Positions 27,552 through 36,383 of a stretch of 41,669 bases of DNA are shown here, piece by piece. A program made the translations under genes and the position numbers. Position 1 is the stretch's first letter. Each line of letters begins with the position of its first letter. The notes under the pieces are model-generated. The model did no database searches and had not been told where the DNA came from. It was given only the letters and a program-made list of their open reading frames with translations. Source of the DNA: Anaerohalosphaeraceae bacterium (GTDB lineage Bacteria; Planctomycetota; Phycisphaerae; Sedimentisphaerales; Anaerohalosphaeraceae); the NCBI GenBank assembly GCA_963675525.2, contig CAXXSL010000014.1, forward strand, positions 1 to 41,669, read 5' to 3'.

Positions 27552-28438
27552 GTGGGATATAATTTTGTAGTATTGGTAAAGCAAGTGCCCGATACAAAAA
27601 GGATTACGGGCCAGGCCATGAATGAGGATGGCACGGTTAACCGTGCGGCGCTTCCGGCGATTTTTAACCCTGAAGACCTCAACGCGCTGGAACTGGCCCT
27701 GGATATTAAAGACAAATTCGGTGGTACGGTAACGGTGATGGCGATGGGATTGCCAGCGGCGGCGAATGTCCTTCGCGAAGGCCTGTACCGCGGTGCCGAT
27801 GAGGCGATTTTGGTGACGGACCGCCGGTGTGCGGCATCCGATACGCTGGCGACCAGCTATATTCTGAGTTGTGGCATCAAAAAGCTCAATCCAGACATCG
27901 TGCTGTGCGGGCGTCAGGCGATTGACGGCGACACTGCTCAGGTGGGCCCGCAGATTGCTGAAAAACTGAATCTTCCGCAACTGACCTATGTTGAGGAATT
28001 GGTTAGTCTCGATGGAAAAACGATCGTGGTCAAGCGAAACCTCGGCAACGGCTGGCAGGAAGTCAAAAGCCGGTTACCCGTTCTACTGACGGTTTTGGAT
28101 ACGGCCAACGAACCGCGTGTGCCTGCCGCCAAACGATTGATGAAATACAAAACCGCCCAATGCCGCCTTGAGTTGGAGGCATTAGCCAAAGAAGAAGACA
28201 GCATTGATGTGGATGCGACCTGTGAAGCGCTGGAAGATAAAGGCCTGCTGATTAAGCAGTGGGACCTGGATTTTCTGGAGGCCGATATGCAATGGTGCGG
28301 ACGTGACGGGTCCCCGACGAAGGTGCATCGTATTCAAAGTGTAGTCCTGGCCGCCAAGGAAACCAAGAGATCAAGGCGACACAAGCGGCGGTTGAAGCGA
28401 TGATTCATGAATTGATCGTGGATCACACGTTCGGATAA
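27552..28438 (+). CDS. etfB: Electron transfer flavoprotein beta subunit, one frameshift near the 3' end
   Basis: GGAGG before GTG, VKQVPDT, NPEDLNALE, DTLATS, GRQAIDGDTAQVGP and GSPT. Restoring one base near 28368 gives ...IHELIVDHTFG*. Confidence 0.92.
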
Positions 28439-28452
28439 TATTAAAGAGTGAA

Positions 28453-28525
28453 TGTCAAAAATAAGGACTCCCGACAATGTCGGGATAGCTGTTTAAATAG
28501 ATTTCTCACTACGTTCGGAACGACA
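28453..28525. repeat. Palindromic repeat remnant
   Basis: Perfect TCCCGAC-AAT-GTCGGGA hairpin (28469-28485) inside a TGTC...GACA-bounded stretch ending agatttctcactacgttcggaacgaca. Confidence 0.45.
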
Positions 28526-28551
28526 GCATAACAGGATAAGGATAGAGAGAC

Positions 28552-29580
28552 ATGATAGACGTGAACAAACAGGGAGAGGTTTGGGTTTTTGCCGAACAGC
28601 ATAAGGGAAAGCTGGAAGATACATCGCTGGAACTGCTGAGTAAGGGGCGTGAACTGGCGGATATCCTGAAGGTTCCGCTGGCGGCGGTGTTGCTGGGTGA
28701 GGACATTAGCGATTTGTGCGAAAAACTGGGACACTACGGCGCTGATAAGGTCTATCTGGCTGAGCATCCGTTGCTGGGGCATTACCAGACGAGCAGTTAC
28801 GCAAAAATTATCGATGGTTTGATTGAGAAACATAAGCCGCAAATCGTATTGTACGGAGCAACGCCGACTGGCCGCGATTTGGCCCCGCGTATTGCCAGTG
28901 CCGTCAAGGCGGGGTTGACTGCGGACTGCACTGATTTGCAGATTGGCAACCACGAAATTAAAAAGACCGGTCAGGTTTATGAGAATCTGCTGCTGCAGAT
29001 TCGTCCGGCCTTTGGTGGAAATATTATCGCGACGATCATCAACTACGACCGCTGGCCGCAGATGGCCACCGTGCGTGAGGGTGTGATGCCGATGCCGGAG
29101 CCGGATGTGAAACGCAATGCCGAGGTGATCCAGGAAGCTGTTCATCTGTCTCAGACGGATTTGGCGATCGAGATCCTGGCCGAGCACATGCAGGCCAAGA
29201 AGGTTAACCTGAAGGCCTCGCGTGTGATCGTTGCCGGCGGTGCCGGTGTCGGCAGCAAAGACAACTTCAAGATGATTTGGGATTTGGCGCATTGCCTGGG
29301 CGGTTCGCCCGGGGCAACGCGTGCGGCGGTGGACCTTGGCTATATCGACCGCGACCATCAGGTCGGCCAGACCGGAACGACCGTTCGCCCGAGTCTGTAT
29401 ATTGCTGCCGGTATCAGCGGTGCGATCCAGCATCAGGCGGGCATGAGCGGCAGTCAGAAAATTATTGCGATCAACAACGACCCGGATGCGCCGATTTTCA
29501 ATGTGGCTCACTACAAGATTGTGGGCGACCTGAACAAGGTGGTACCGATGATGATTAAAGCAATCAAAGAAAAAGTATAA
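28552..29580 (+). CDS. etfA: Electron transfer flavoprotein alpha subunit
   Basis: VWVFAE, GRDLAPR, GLTADCT, RPAFGGN, QVGQTG, GISGAIQH and AINNDPDAPIF. Confidence 0.96.
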   Translation: MIDVNKQGEVWVFAEQHKGKLEDTSLELLSKGRELADILKVPLAAVLLGEDISDLCEKLGHYGADKVYLAEHPLLGHYQTSSYAKIIDGLIEKHKPQIVLYGATPTGRDLAPRIASAVKAGLTADCTDLQIGNHEIKKTGQVYENLLLQIRPAFGGNIIATIINYDRWPQMATVREGVMPMPEPDVKRNAEVIQEAVHLSQTDLAIEILAEHMQAKKVNLKASRVIVAGGAGVGSKDNFKMIWDLAHCLGGSPGATRAAVDLGYIDRDHQVGQTGTTVRPSLYIAAGISGAIQHQAGMSGSQKIIAINNDPDAPIFNVAHYKIVGDLNKVVPMMIKAIKEKV

Positions 29581-29607
29581 ACGCCGAATAGTTAGGGATG
29601 GTTTAAG

Positions 29608-31408
29608 ATGGGTAATTTTTATAAAGATAATGAAGATATTCTGTTTCTGTTTAGGCACATGGATCTGGCCAAAGTGGCGGATTTGCAGGAAGAGGGCTTC
29701 CGGTACGCCAAGGACTTTGACACATGCCCCCCAAGATGCCTGCGAAGCCGAACAGAATTACGAAATGGTGCTGAACGCCGTGGGACAGTTGAGTGCCGAT
29801 TATATCGCACCCCGAAGCGAGGGCATTGACCATGAAGGCAACACGCTGAATGATGACGGAACGGTCCATTATGCCAAGGGGATTGCTGACGCGTTGAGTG
29901 CCCTGGCCAAGGCCGATGTGATGGGCTTTACGCTGCCGCATCGCTTTGGGGGCTTAAACTTCCCGAACGCGGTTTATTCGATGGCGATTGAGATTGTGTC
30001 ACGTGCGGATGCCTCACTGATGAACATTTTCGGGTTGCAGGGCATTGCCGAAACGATTAACTTTTTTGCCGACGAAGACATTAAACAACATTACCTGCAC
30101 GACTTTGCCGCCGGAAAAGTGACCGGGGCGATGGTCTTGACCGAGCCGGATGCCGGGTCGGACCTGCAGGCGTGCAAACTGCGTGCGTTTCAGGATGATG
30201 ATGGTAATTGGTATCTGCACGGCGTCAAGCGGTTCATTACCAACGGCTGCGGCGAAGTGTTGCTGGTGCTGGCCCGTTCGGAAGACCGCATTGGCGGTCT
30301 GGGGCTGAGCCTGTTCGTTTGTGACCGCGGCCCGACCGTCAGGGTTCGCCGCTTGGAAGACAAACTGGGGATTCACGGCTCGCCGACATGCGAGTTGTTC
30401 TTTGATAATACGCCGTGTCAAATTATCGGCGAACGCCAGCGAGGTCTGGTGACCTATGTGATGAGCCTGATGAACGGCGCCCGTATCGGGATTGCCGGCC
30501 AGTCGATGGGCATTGCCGAAGCGACGTATCGGGTGGCGCGGGATTATGCGGCCAGCCGGGAGCAGTTTGGTGTGCCGATTGAAAAGCTGCCCGCCGTGCG
30601 CGATATGGTCATCGATATGAAGATGGCGATTGAAGCGGGCCGTGCTTTGCTGTATGAAACAAGCTGGATTGTGGACTATGAAATCGGCCTCAACCGGATT
30701 ATTGACCGGGCGGAAGATAAAGATGCCGTCAAGGCCGCCAAGCAGGAGCTGAAATTCATCAAGCGTCTGGCCGGAATGCTGACGCCGATGAGCAAGTACT
30801 TCTGCTCGGAGATGAGTAATACGGTGTCGTATGATGCGATACAGGTACTCGGCGGCTCCGGCTATATGCGGGACTATGCTTGCGAACGCCATGCCCGCGA
30901 TGCCCGTATTACGACGATTTACGAAGGCACCAGCCAGTTGCAGGTGGTCGCGGCCGTTCGCGGTGTCTGCGGCGGGACATGCGAAAAATACCTCGTCCGG
31001 CTGGCCGAAAAGGAGTATGCCGAAAGTGTTCAGGATTTGACGAAGTTGCTGGCCGAAGGCACCGAAACATTGCTCAAGGCGGCTGCTTTCGCCAAGGAGC
31101 AGGGCGTTGACTACATGGACCTGTACGGCCGCCAGCTTGTGGATATCGCGATTGCACTGATCATCGGCTACTACTTCTGCGACCACGCCTCCAGCACGGT
31201 TGACATGAAAGCGGCGGTTGCAAGCAACGGCGACGCCAATGCTTCCAAGACCGTTCCGATGGCCAAACGCAAGGAAATTGTCGCCCGCCGGTACATTACC
31301 CGTAATGCGATGCTGATCAAATCGCTGGCCGAGAAAGTACTCTCCGGCGACAGGACCACCTTTAAGGAATACGAGGCTCTCATCGGCCCCGTGCCGGAAA
31401 TGGCCTAA
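29608..31408 (+). CDS. Acyl-CoA dehydrogenase (long ~600-aa form), one frameshift near 29722
   Basis: LTEPDAGSD, GVKRFITNG, KLGIHGSPT, MNGARIG, REQFG, IQVLGGSGY and IYEGTSQLQ. Confidence 0.93.
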
Positions 31409-31443
31409 AACACGATTGTAAAAGTCAGAATGAATGTTACAAT

Positions 31444-31474
31444 AAAAGCCCCGGCCAAAGCAGGGGCTTTTTTT
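31444..31474 (+). terminator. Intrinsic terminator, potentially bidirectional
   Basis: AAAAGCCCC...GGGGC followed by T7. Confidence 0.85.
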
Positions 31475-31506
31475 ATGAAAAGATAAGATTAGGAAATGTT
31501 TACTCG

Positions 31507-32190
31507 ATGTTGCAAGCGGTGATATTTGATTTTGATGGGGTAATTTGCGATTCGGAGCTTTTGCATTATAAGGCGCTGAATGCGACGTTTAATCGGTATG
31601 GGGTTGATATACCGAAAGAGGTCCACTGGGACAAATATCTCGGTTACAGTGACTTGGACAATATCGAAGCGGTCAACCGTGATTATAATATGGGTTTGAG
31701 CGACGAGCAAGTGCAGCGACTGATCGCAGAGAAAAAAACTGTCTTTGACGAATTAGTCGTCAAAGAACCGACTGTTATCGATGGTGTGGCTGCCTTTATC
31801 CAGATGCTGGTTGACCATAACATCCGCCGGGCGATCTGTTCCGGTGCATTGCGGAGTGATATTGACCTGATGCTGGCTGAGTCCGGTTTTGCCGATGCAT
31901 TCGAGGTCATTGTTTCCGCCGATGATGTAGAGCATGGAAAGCCGGATCCGCAGGGTTATTTATTGGCACTGGACAGGCTCAATCAAGGCGGTCGTGCCCG
32001 AATCAGGCCTTCCGAGTGTATTGTGATCGAGGACTCTCACTGGGGCCTGGAAGCCGCCTCTGCAGCGGGAATGAATCCGATTGCGGTAACGAATACCTAT
32101 ACAAAGCAGGCATTGGACGGAAAAGCTGGGAAAATCGTTGATCGTCTGGATATGCTGACGATCACAGAGATGCAATTCCTGTGCAGTTAA
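31507..32190 (+). CDS. HAD-superfamily phosphatase (beta-PGM/CbbY-like)
   Basis: FDFDGV, CSG, KPDP and VIEDS motifs I-IV. Confidence 0.9.
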   Translation: MLQAVIFDFDGVICDSELLHYKALNATFNRYGVDIPKEVHWDKYLGYSDLDNIEAVNRDYNMGLSDEQVQRLIAEKKTVFDELVVKEPTVIDGVAAFIQMLVDHNIRRAICSGALRSDIDLMLAESGFADAFEVIVSADDVEHGKPDPQGYLLALDRLNQGGRARIRPSECIVIEDSHWGLEAASAAGMNPIAVTNTYTKQALDGKAGKIVDRLDMLTITEMQFLCS

Positions 32191-32288
32191 TGTTTTCTAA
32201 AGAAAGGGCATGTCTCGTATGACTAAGTGTCCAAGACGACAGGAATCGCTTTTTCCAGTGCTATAAAAGTCATTTTAAGGTCATCTGC

Positions 32289-32316
32289 TTGACTTTTTGA
32301 CATCCATCTCTATACT
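32289..32316 (+). promoter_or_regulatory. Probable dnaG-rpoD promoter
   Basis: TTGACT, 16-nt spacer, TATACT, about 175 nt before the dnaG start. Confidence 0.6.
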
Positions 32317-32347
32317 TTATTACCTTGTTGTTTAAAAAAAAAATGGC

Positions 32348-32480
32348 TTGGCGTCTGTCCAAGTCTTTTGGGACAAAAGAAAAAGAGATTCAGGGATGGT
32401 TTGTTTGGGGTCTCTGCGATCATAACCGAAGAGATAAAGAGGTAAGAAGATAAGAGGTTCTGCGAAGGGGCAGACGCCGA
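32348..32480 (+). ncRNA. Candidate structured 5' leader of dnaG
   Basis: 13-bp closing stem UUGGCGUCUGUCC/GGGCAGACGCCGA (2 G-U pairs) ending 1 nt before the GGAG RBS; internal stem AGAGAUUC/GGGUCUCU. Confidence 0.4.
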
Positions 32481-32490
32481 CGGAGTTGGC

Positions 32491-34311
32491 TTGACTGGGA
32501 AATGGGATTACAGTGTAATTAGCCGGATTCAGCAGAACAATGACATCGTTGATGTCATTGGAGAGCATCTGAAACTGGAAAAAAAAGGTAAGGAAATGGT
32601 GGGCCTGTGCCCATTCCACACTGACCACAAGCCCAGTATGTATGTCAATCCTGCAAAACAGATATTCAAATGCTTTGCCTGCAGTGCGGGCGGAGACGTC
32701 TTGAAGTTTGTTCAGATGAAAGAAAACCTGTCGTTTCCACAGGCGGTTGAGCGTTTAGCTCAGCGTGCGGGGATTCGGCTGGAACCCGTGATTTCTCGAA
32801 AGACCGGCTCTCAAACACCCGGGCTGGATGCGTCGACCCTGGCTAAGATCAATGCTTGGGCGTTGGATCACTGGTCAGCGAATTTGTGGGACGAACAAAA
32901 AGGCACTGATGCGAGAAATTATCTTAAGCAGCGGCAGATATCGATCGAATCAGTGAAGACATGGCAGTTGGGCTTAGCGGTCGATGCCTGGGATGATCTG
33001 GTTTCCAGAGCCGTGGAAAAAAAAGCAGCCGCAAAGTCGCTGATTCCGGCGGGCCTTGCGGTTGAAAAAGAACGCGGCGGATGTTATGACAAATTTCGCA
33101 ATCGGCTGATGTTTCCCATCGTCGACGTGACGGGCCGGGTAATTGGCTTTGGCGGTCGGACGCTGGGTGATGATCCGGCAAAATACATGAATTCGCCTGC
33201 GACGGCACTTTTTGATAAGAGTCATTCACTGTATGGTCTGAATATGGCCCGGCAGGCGATTACGGATTCCGGTACGGCCATTGTTGCCGAAGGCTATACG
33301 GATGTCATCATGGCCCATCAGTTCGGAATGAAGAATGTTGTGGCGGCATTGGGGACGAGTTTTACCGCCGGTCATGCAGTGATTTTAAAACGGTACGCGA
33401 AACGCATCGTTTTGCTTTTTGATAGTGATATTGCGGGAAAATCAGCGGCCAATCGGGCCCTGGAAGTTTGTTTGAGCGAAAAAGTAGCCGTTCAGCTTGC
33501 TTTTGTTCCGGATGGAAAAGATCCGTGCGACTATTTGCTTGAAGCAGGAGCCGCCGGCTTTGCCCGGGTGATCGATGCGGCTGAAGATGTGCTGGAGTTC
33601 AAGTGGAGGGTGCTCGAGCAGCAGCTTGAAGCCGGTGAAAATCTGGCAGACCGGACCGAAGCGATCCGGCAGTTTTTACAGATCGCCGCTGTTGCATTTG
33701 AAAGCCGAAAGATGGATTCGGTGAGCCGGACAGTGGTGATAAGCCGTCTCAGTGAACTGTTGAAGAGTTCGCACAGCCGGATCGAAGAAGAAATTGACAA
33801 AATTCAGAAACAGCGTCGAAGAGCCGCTCGAAAGGATCAACCGGAACAGTCGCAGACCGAGTCGCAGGAAACACAGTCTCTGCTTTTGAGACAGGCTCAG
33901 CAGGAAATTTTGGAGATGTTGCTGCATGAGCCGGGGTTGTATGATTTGGTGGCTGACCGAATTCAGCTTTCCGATTTTCAGTCGGATGCGGCGTTACGTG
34001 AGATTGCCGAGGTGCTGTTGGAGTGTCTAAAGCAGGGCATCGAGCCTGAGCCGGCCTGTTTGTATGGCCAGATCGAATCGGCCGAAACGGCGAAGCTGCT
34101 GGGGAAACTGGAAGCGGTTGGCAGCCAAAAGGGCGATCCGAAGACGCTTCTGGAAAAATCGGTTGAGGTGCTTGAACAATATCGTCTTAGAAGGCAAGTC
34201 GAGGGCCTGAAGGATTATCAACGGGAAGAGGATGAAACGGATTATTTAAAAAAAATAGGACAACAGATGATTGAGAAAGGGCCGGGCCGACGGGCCGGCA
34301 GCGCCATTTAA
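32491..34311 (+). CDS. dnaG: DNA primase
   Basis: CHC2 zinc finger CPFH...CFAC, FRNRLMFPI, GFGGR, KYMNSP, Toprim EGYTD and FDSD; TTG start after GGAG. Confidence 0.97.
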   Translation: MTGKWDYSVISRIQQNNDIVDVIGEHLKLEKKGKEMVGLCPFHTDHKPSMYVNPAKQIFKCFACSAGGDVLKFVQMKENLSFPQAVERLAQRAGIRLEPVISRKTGSQTPGLDASTLAKINAWALDHWSANLWDEQKGTDARNYLKQRQISIESVKTWQLGLAVDAWDDLVSRAVEKKAAAKSLIPAGLAVEKERGGCYDKFRNRLMFPIVDVTGRVIGFGGRTLGDDPAKYMNSPATALFDKSHSLYGLNMARQAITDSGTAIVAEGYTDVIMAHQFGMKNVVAALGTSFTAGHAVILKRYAKRIVLLFDSDIAGKSAANRALEVCLSEKVAVQLAFVPDGKDPCDYLLEAGAAGFARVIDAAEDVLEFKWRVLEQQLEAGENLADRTEAIRQFLQIAAVAFESRKMDSVSRTVVISRLSELLKSSHSRIEEEIDKIQKQRRRAARKDQPEQSQTESQETQSLLLRQAQQEILEMLLHEPGLYDLVADRIQLSDFQSDAALREIAEVLLECLKQGIEPEPACLYGQIESAETAKLLGKLEAVGSQKGDPKTLLEKSVEVLEQYRLRRQVEGLKDYQREEDETDYLKKIGQQMIEKGPGRRAGSAI

Positions 34312-34382
34312 AAACAAAAAGCAATTATTTAATTATTTATATTTTTTGTATCGGATTGATTAGGAAAGAACAGAGGAAACAC

Positions 34383-36232
34383 ATGGCCAAGAAAAGTGAA
34401 AAGAAAAAACAGAAAACCAATCGATCTGCGGTTGATACTGACCTGAATGATCCTGCCAAGGAGAAGGAGACTTCAGACAAGGATAAGCCGAAAGAAGAGT
34501 CGCAAATTGATGAGATTTCTTTGATTACTGATGAAGAGGATGCCCGCTTGCCATGGCTCGAGCTGAAGTCATCGAAAAGACGATCAAGTCCATTATTAAG
34601 ATCGGCAAAGAAAAGGGACATCTAACCTATGAAGAAATCAATGATGCGCTTCCTGATGAGGTTATTAGTCCAGCCCGATTGGACAGCCTGTTGATGACCC
34701 TGGATGAGTTGGGTGTTCAGCTTCTGGACGAGGCGGAAATTGAAAAAGACACCGATGATGACTTTGAAGAAGAGGATGATAAGGTTGGTCGCGGCGATGG
34801 CGAAGATATCGAGGAAGATCTGGCTCTCGAGCGAGAACTGGAACGCGAAGTTCGCAAGATCGATGATCCGGTTCGGATGTATTTGACGCAAATGGGTGAA
34901 ATTCCGCTGTTGACGCGAGAAGAGGAGATCAGTCTCGCACGGAAAATCGAGTTGACGCGTTTGGCATTTCGTCGAAAGGTTCTCGAAAGCGATTATTGTG
35001 CCAGAACAGCCATTGAGATTCTCCAGCAAGTGGATGAGGGGATTCTGCCATTTGACCGTACCATGAAAATGAGCAGCGGCGAAGCCTATGAGCGGACAGT
35101 TGTCAAAGACCGTCTTCCGTTTAATCTGAATACCGTACAAAAACTTCTGGATCGCAACGTGGAACTGTTTTTGAGTTCGAAAGAAAGCGATGATGTGGAG
35201 GCGATTAAGCGGAATGTCAAACAGATGCACCGTAACCGGCGGAAAATAGCCACACTGCTGGAAGAATTAAGCCTTCGTACCAGCCGGATTCAGCCGATGA
35301 TGAAAAAACTGCAGGGCATTCAACAGAAGATGCATCAACTCGCCCGCGCGATTGAAGCCGGTCCGAATGAAAATTACGAACCGGAAGACATCGAAGCGAT
35401 CAAGCAGGAACTGCAGGGGATTCAGGAATTGATTATGGAAACCCCCAAGCAACTCGATAAGCGACTGCGGGCCATTGAAGCGGTTTATGCACAATATGAA
35501 GACGCCAAACGGAAACTGTCCGGCGGAAATCTGCGTCTGGTCGTTTCGATTGCCAAAAAATACCGCAATCGGGGGTTGAGTTTTCTGGATATTATCCAGG
35601 AAGGTAATACCGGCCTGATGCGTGCGGTTGATAAGTATGAATATCGCCGCGGCTACAAGTTCAGCACGTATGCGACATGGTGGATCCGTCAGGCGATTAC
35701 GCGTGCGATCGCGGATCATGCCCGGACGATTCGAATCCCGGTGCATATGATCGAGACAATGAGCAAACTGCGTACAATCGGCAAGAACCTGCTGCAAAAA
35801 CTGGGACGAGAGGCGACGATTGAGGAAATCGCCGAAGCGGCGAAGATGAGTCTTTCGGAAACACGCCGTGTTCTGAAGATCAGCAAGCATCCGTTCAGCC
35901 TCGACCGGCCGATCGGAGAAAGTGAAGACAGTTATTTTGGGGACTTTATCGAGGATGATGCTGCGGAGTCTCCGGTTCAGTCGGCGACCCAGGAAATGCT
36001 CAAAGACCGGATTGATGATGTACTGAAGACCCTGACCTATCGCGAACGCGAAATTATCAAGTTGCGGTACGGCATCGGCGATGGATATACCTATACGCTT
36101 GAAGAAGTGGGACGTATTTTTAAAGTCACCCGAGAACGTGTTCGTCAGGTGGAAGCCAAAGCTATCCGGAAACTTCAGCATCCGGTACGGGCCAGAAAAC
36201 TGGAAGGTTTTTTGGACAATAAAAGTGCCTGA
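34383..36232 (+). CDS. rpoD: Primary RNA polymerase sigma factor (sigma70); apparent frameshift near 34546, or a true start at 34553
   Basis: Region 1.1 ([17 protein letters not shown]), [36 protein letters not shown] and [15 protein letters not shown]; lies downstream of dnaG. Confidence 0.96.
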
Positions 36233-36261
36233 TAAGTGTTTTTGTTCTTTTTTAAAATCCG

Positions 36262-36303
36262 GACTCCGGACAGTTATTGAACAGAACTGTCCGGAGTCTT
36301 TTT
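36262..36303 (+). terminator. Intrinsic terminator after rpoD
   Basis: Perfect 14-bp stem GACTCCGGACAGTT/AACTGTCCGGAGTC, 9-nt loop, T5 tail. Confidence 0.88.
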
Positions 36304-36383
36304 GCAGAGAAGTCGTTGAATATCGGTCTGTTTCTTGTGCAAGGCACTTTGAACGGCAAACAGAAATATCAGGAGACAATGGA

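Noticed and set aside
30014..31186. 390-aa antisense ORF
   Set aside because: It is a shadow of the acyl-CoA dehydrogenase reading frame, with no motifs or RBS.
36081..36383. N-terminal 101 aa of the 826-aa ORF
   Set aside because: It overlaps the rpoD 3' end and its terminator; the RBS supports a start at 36384.
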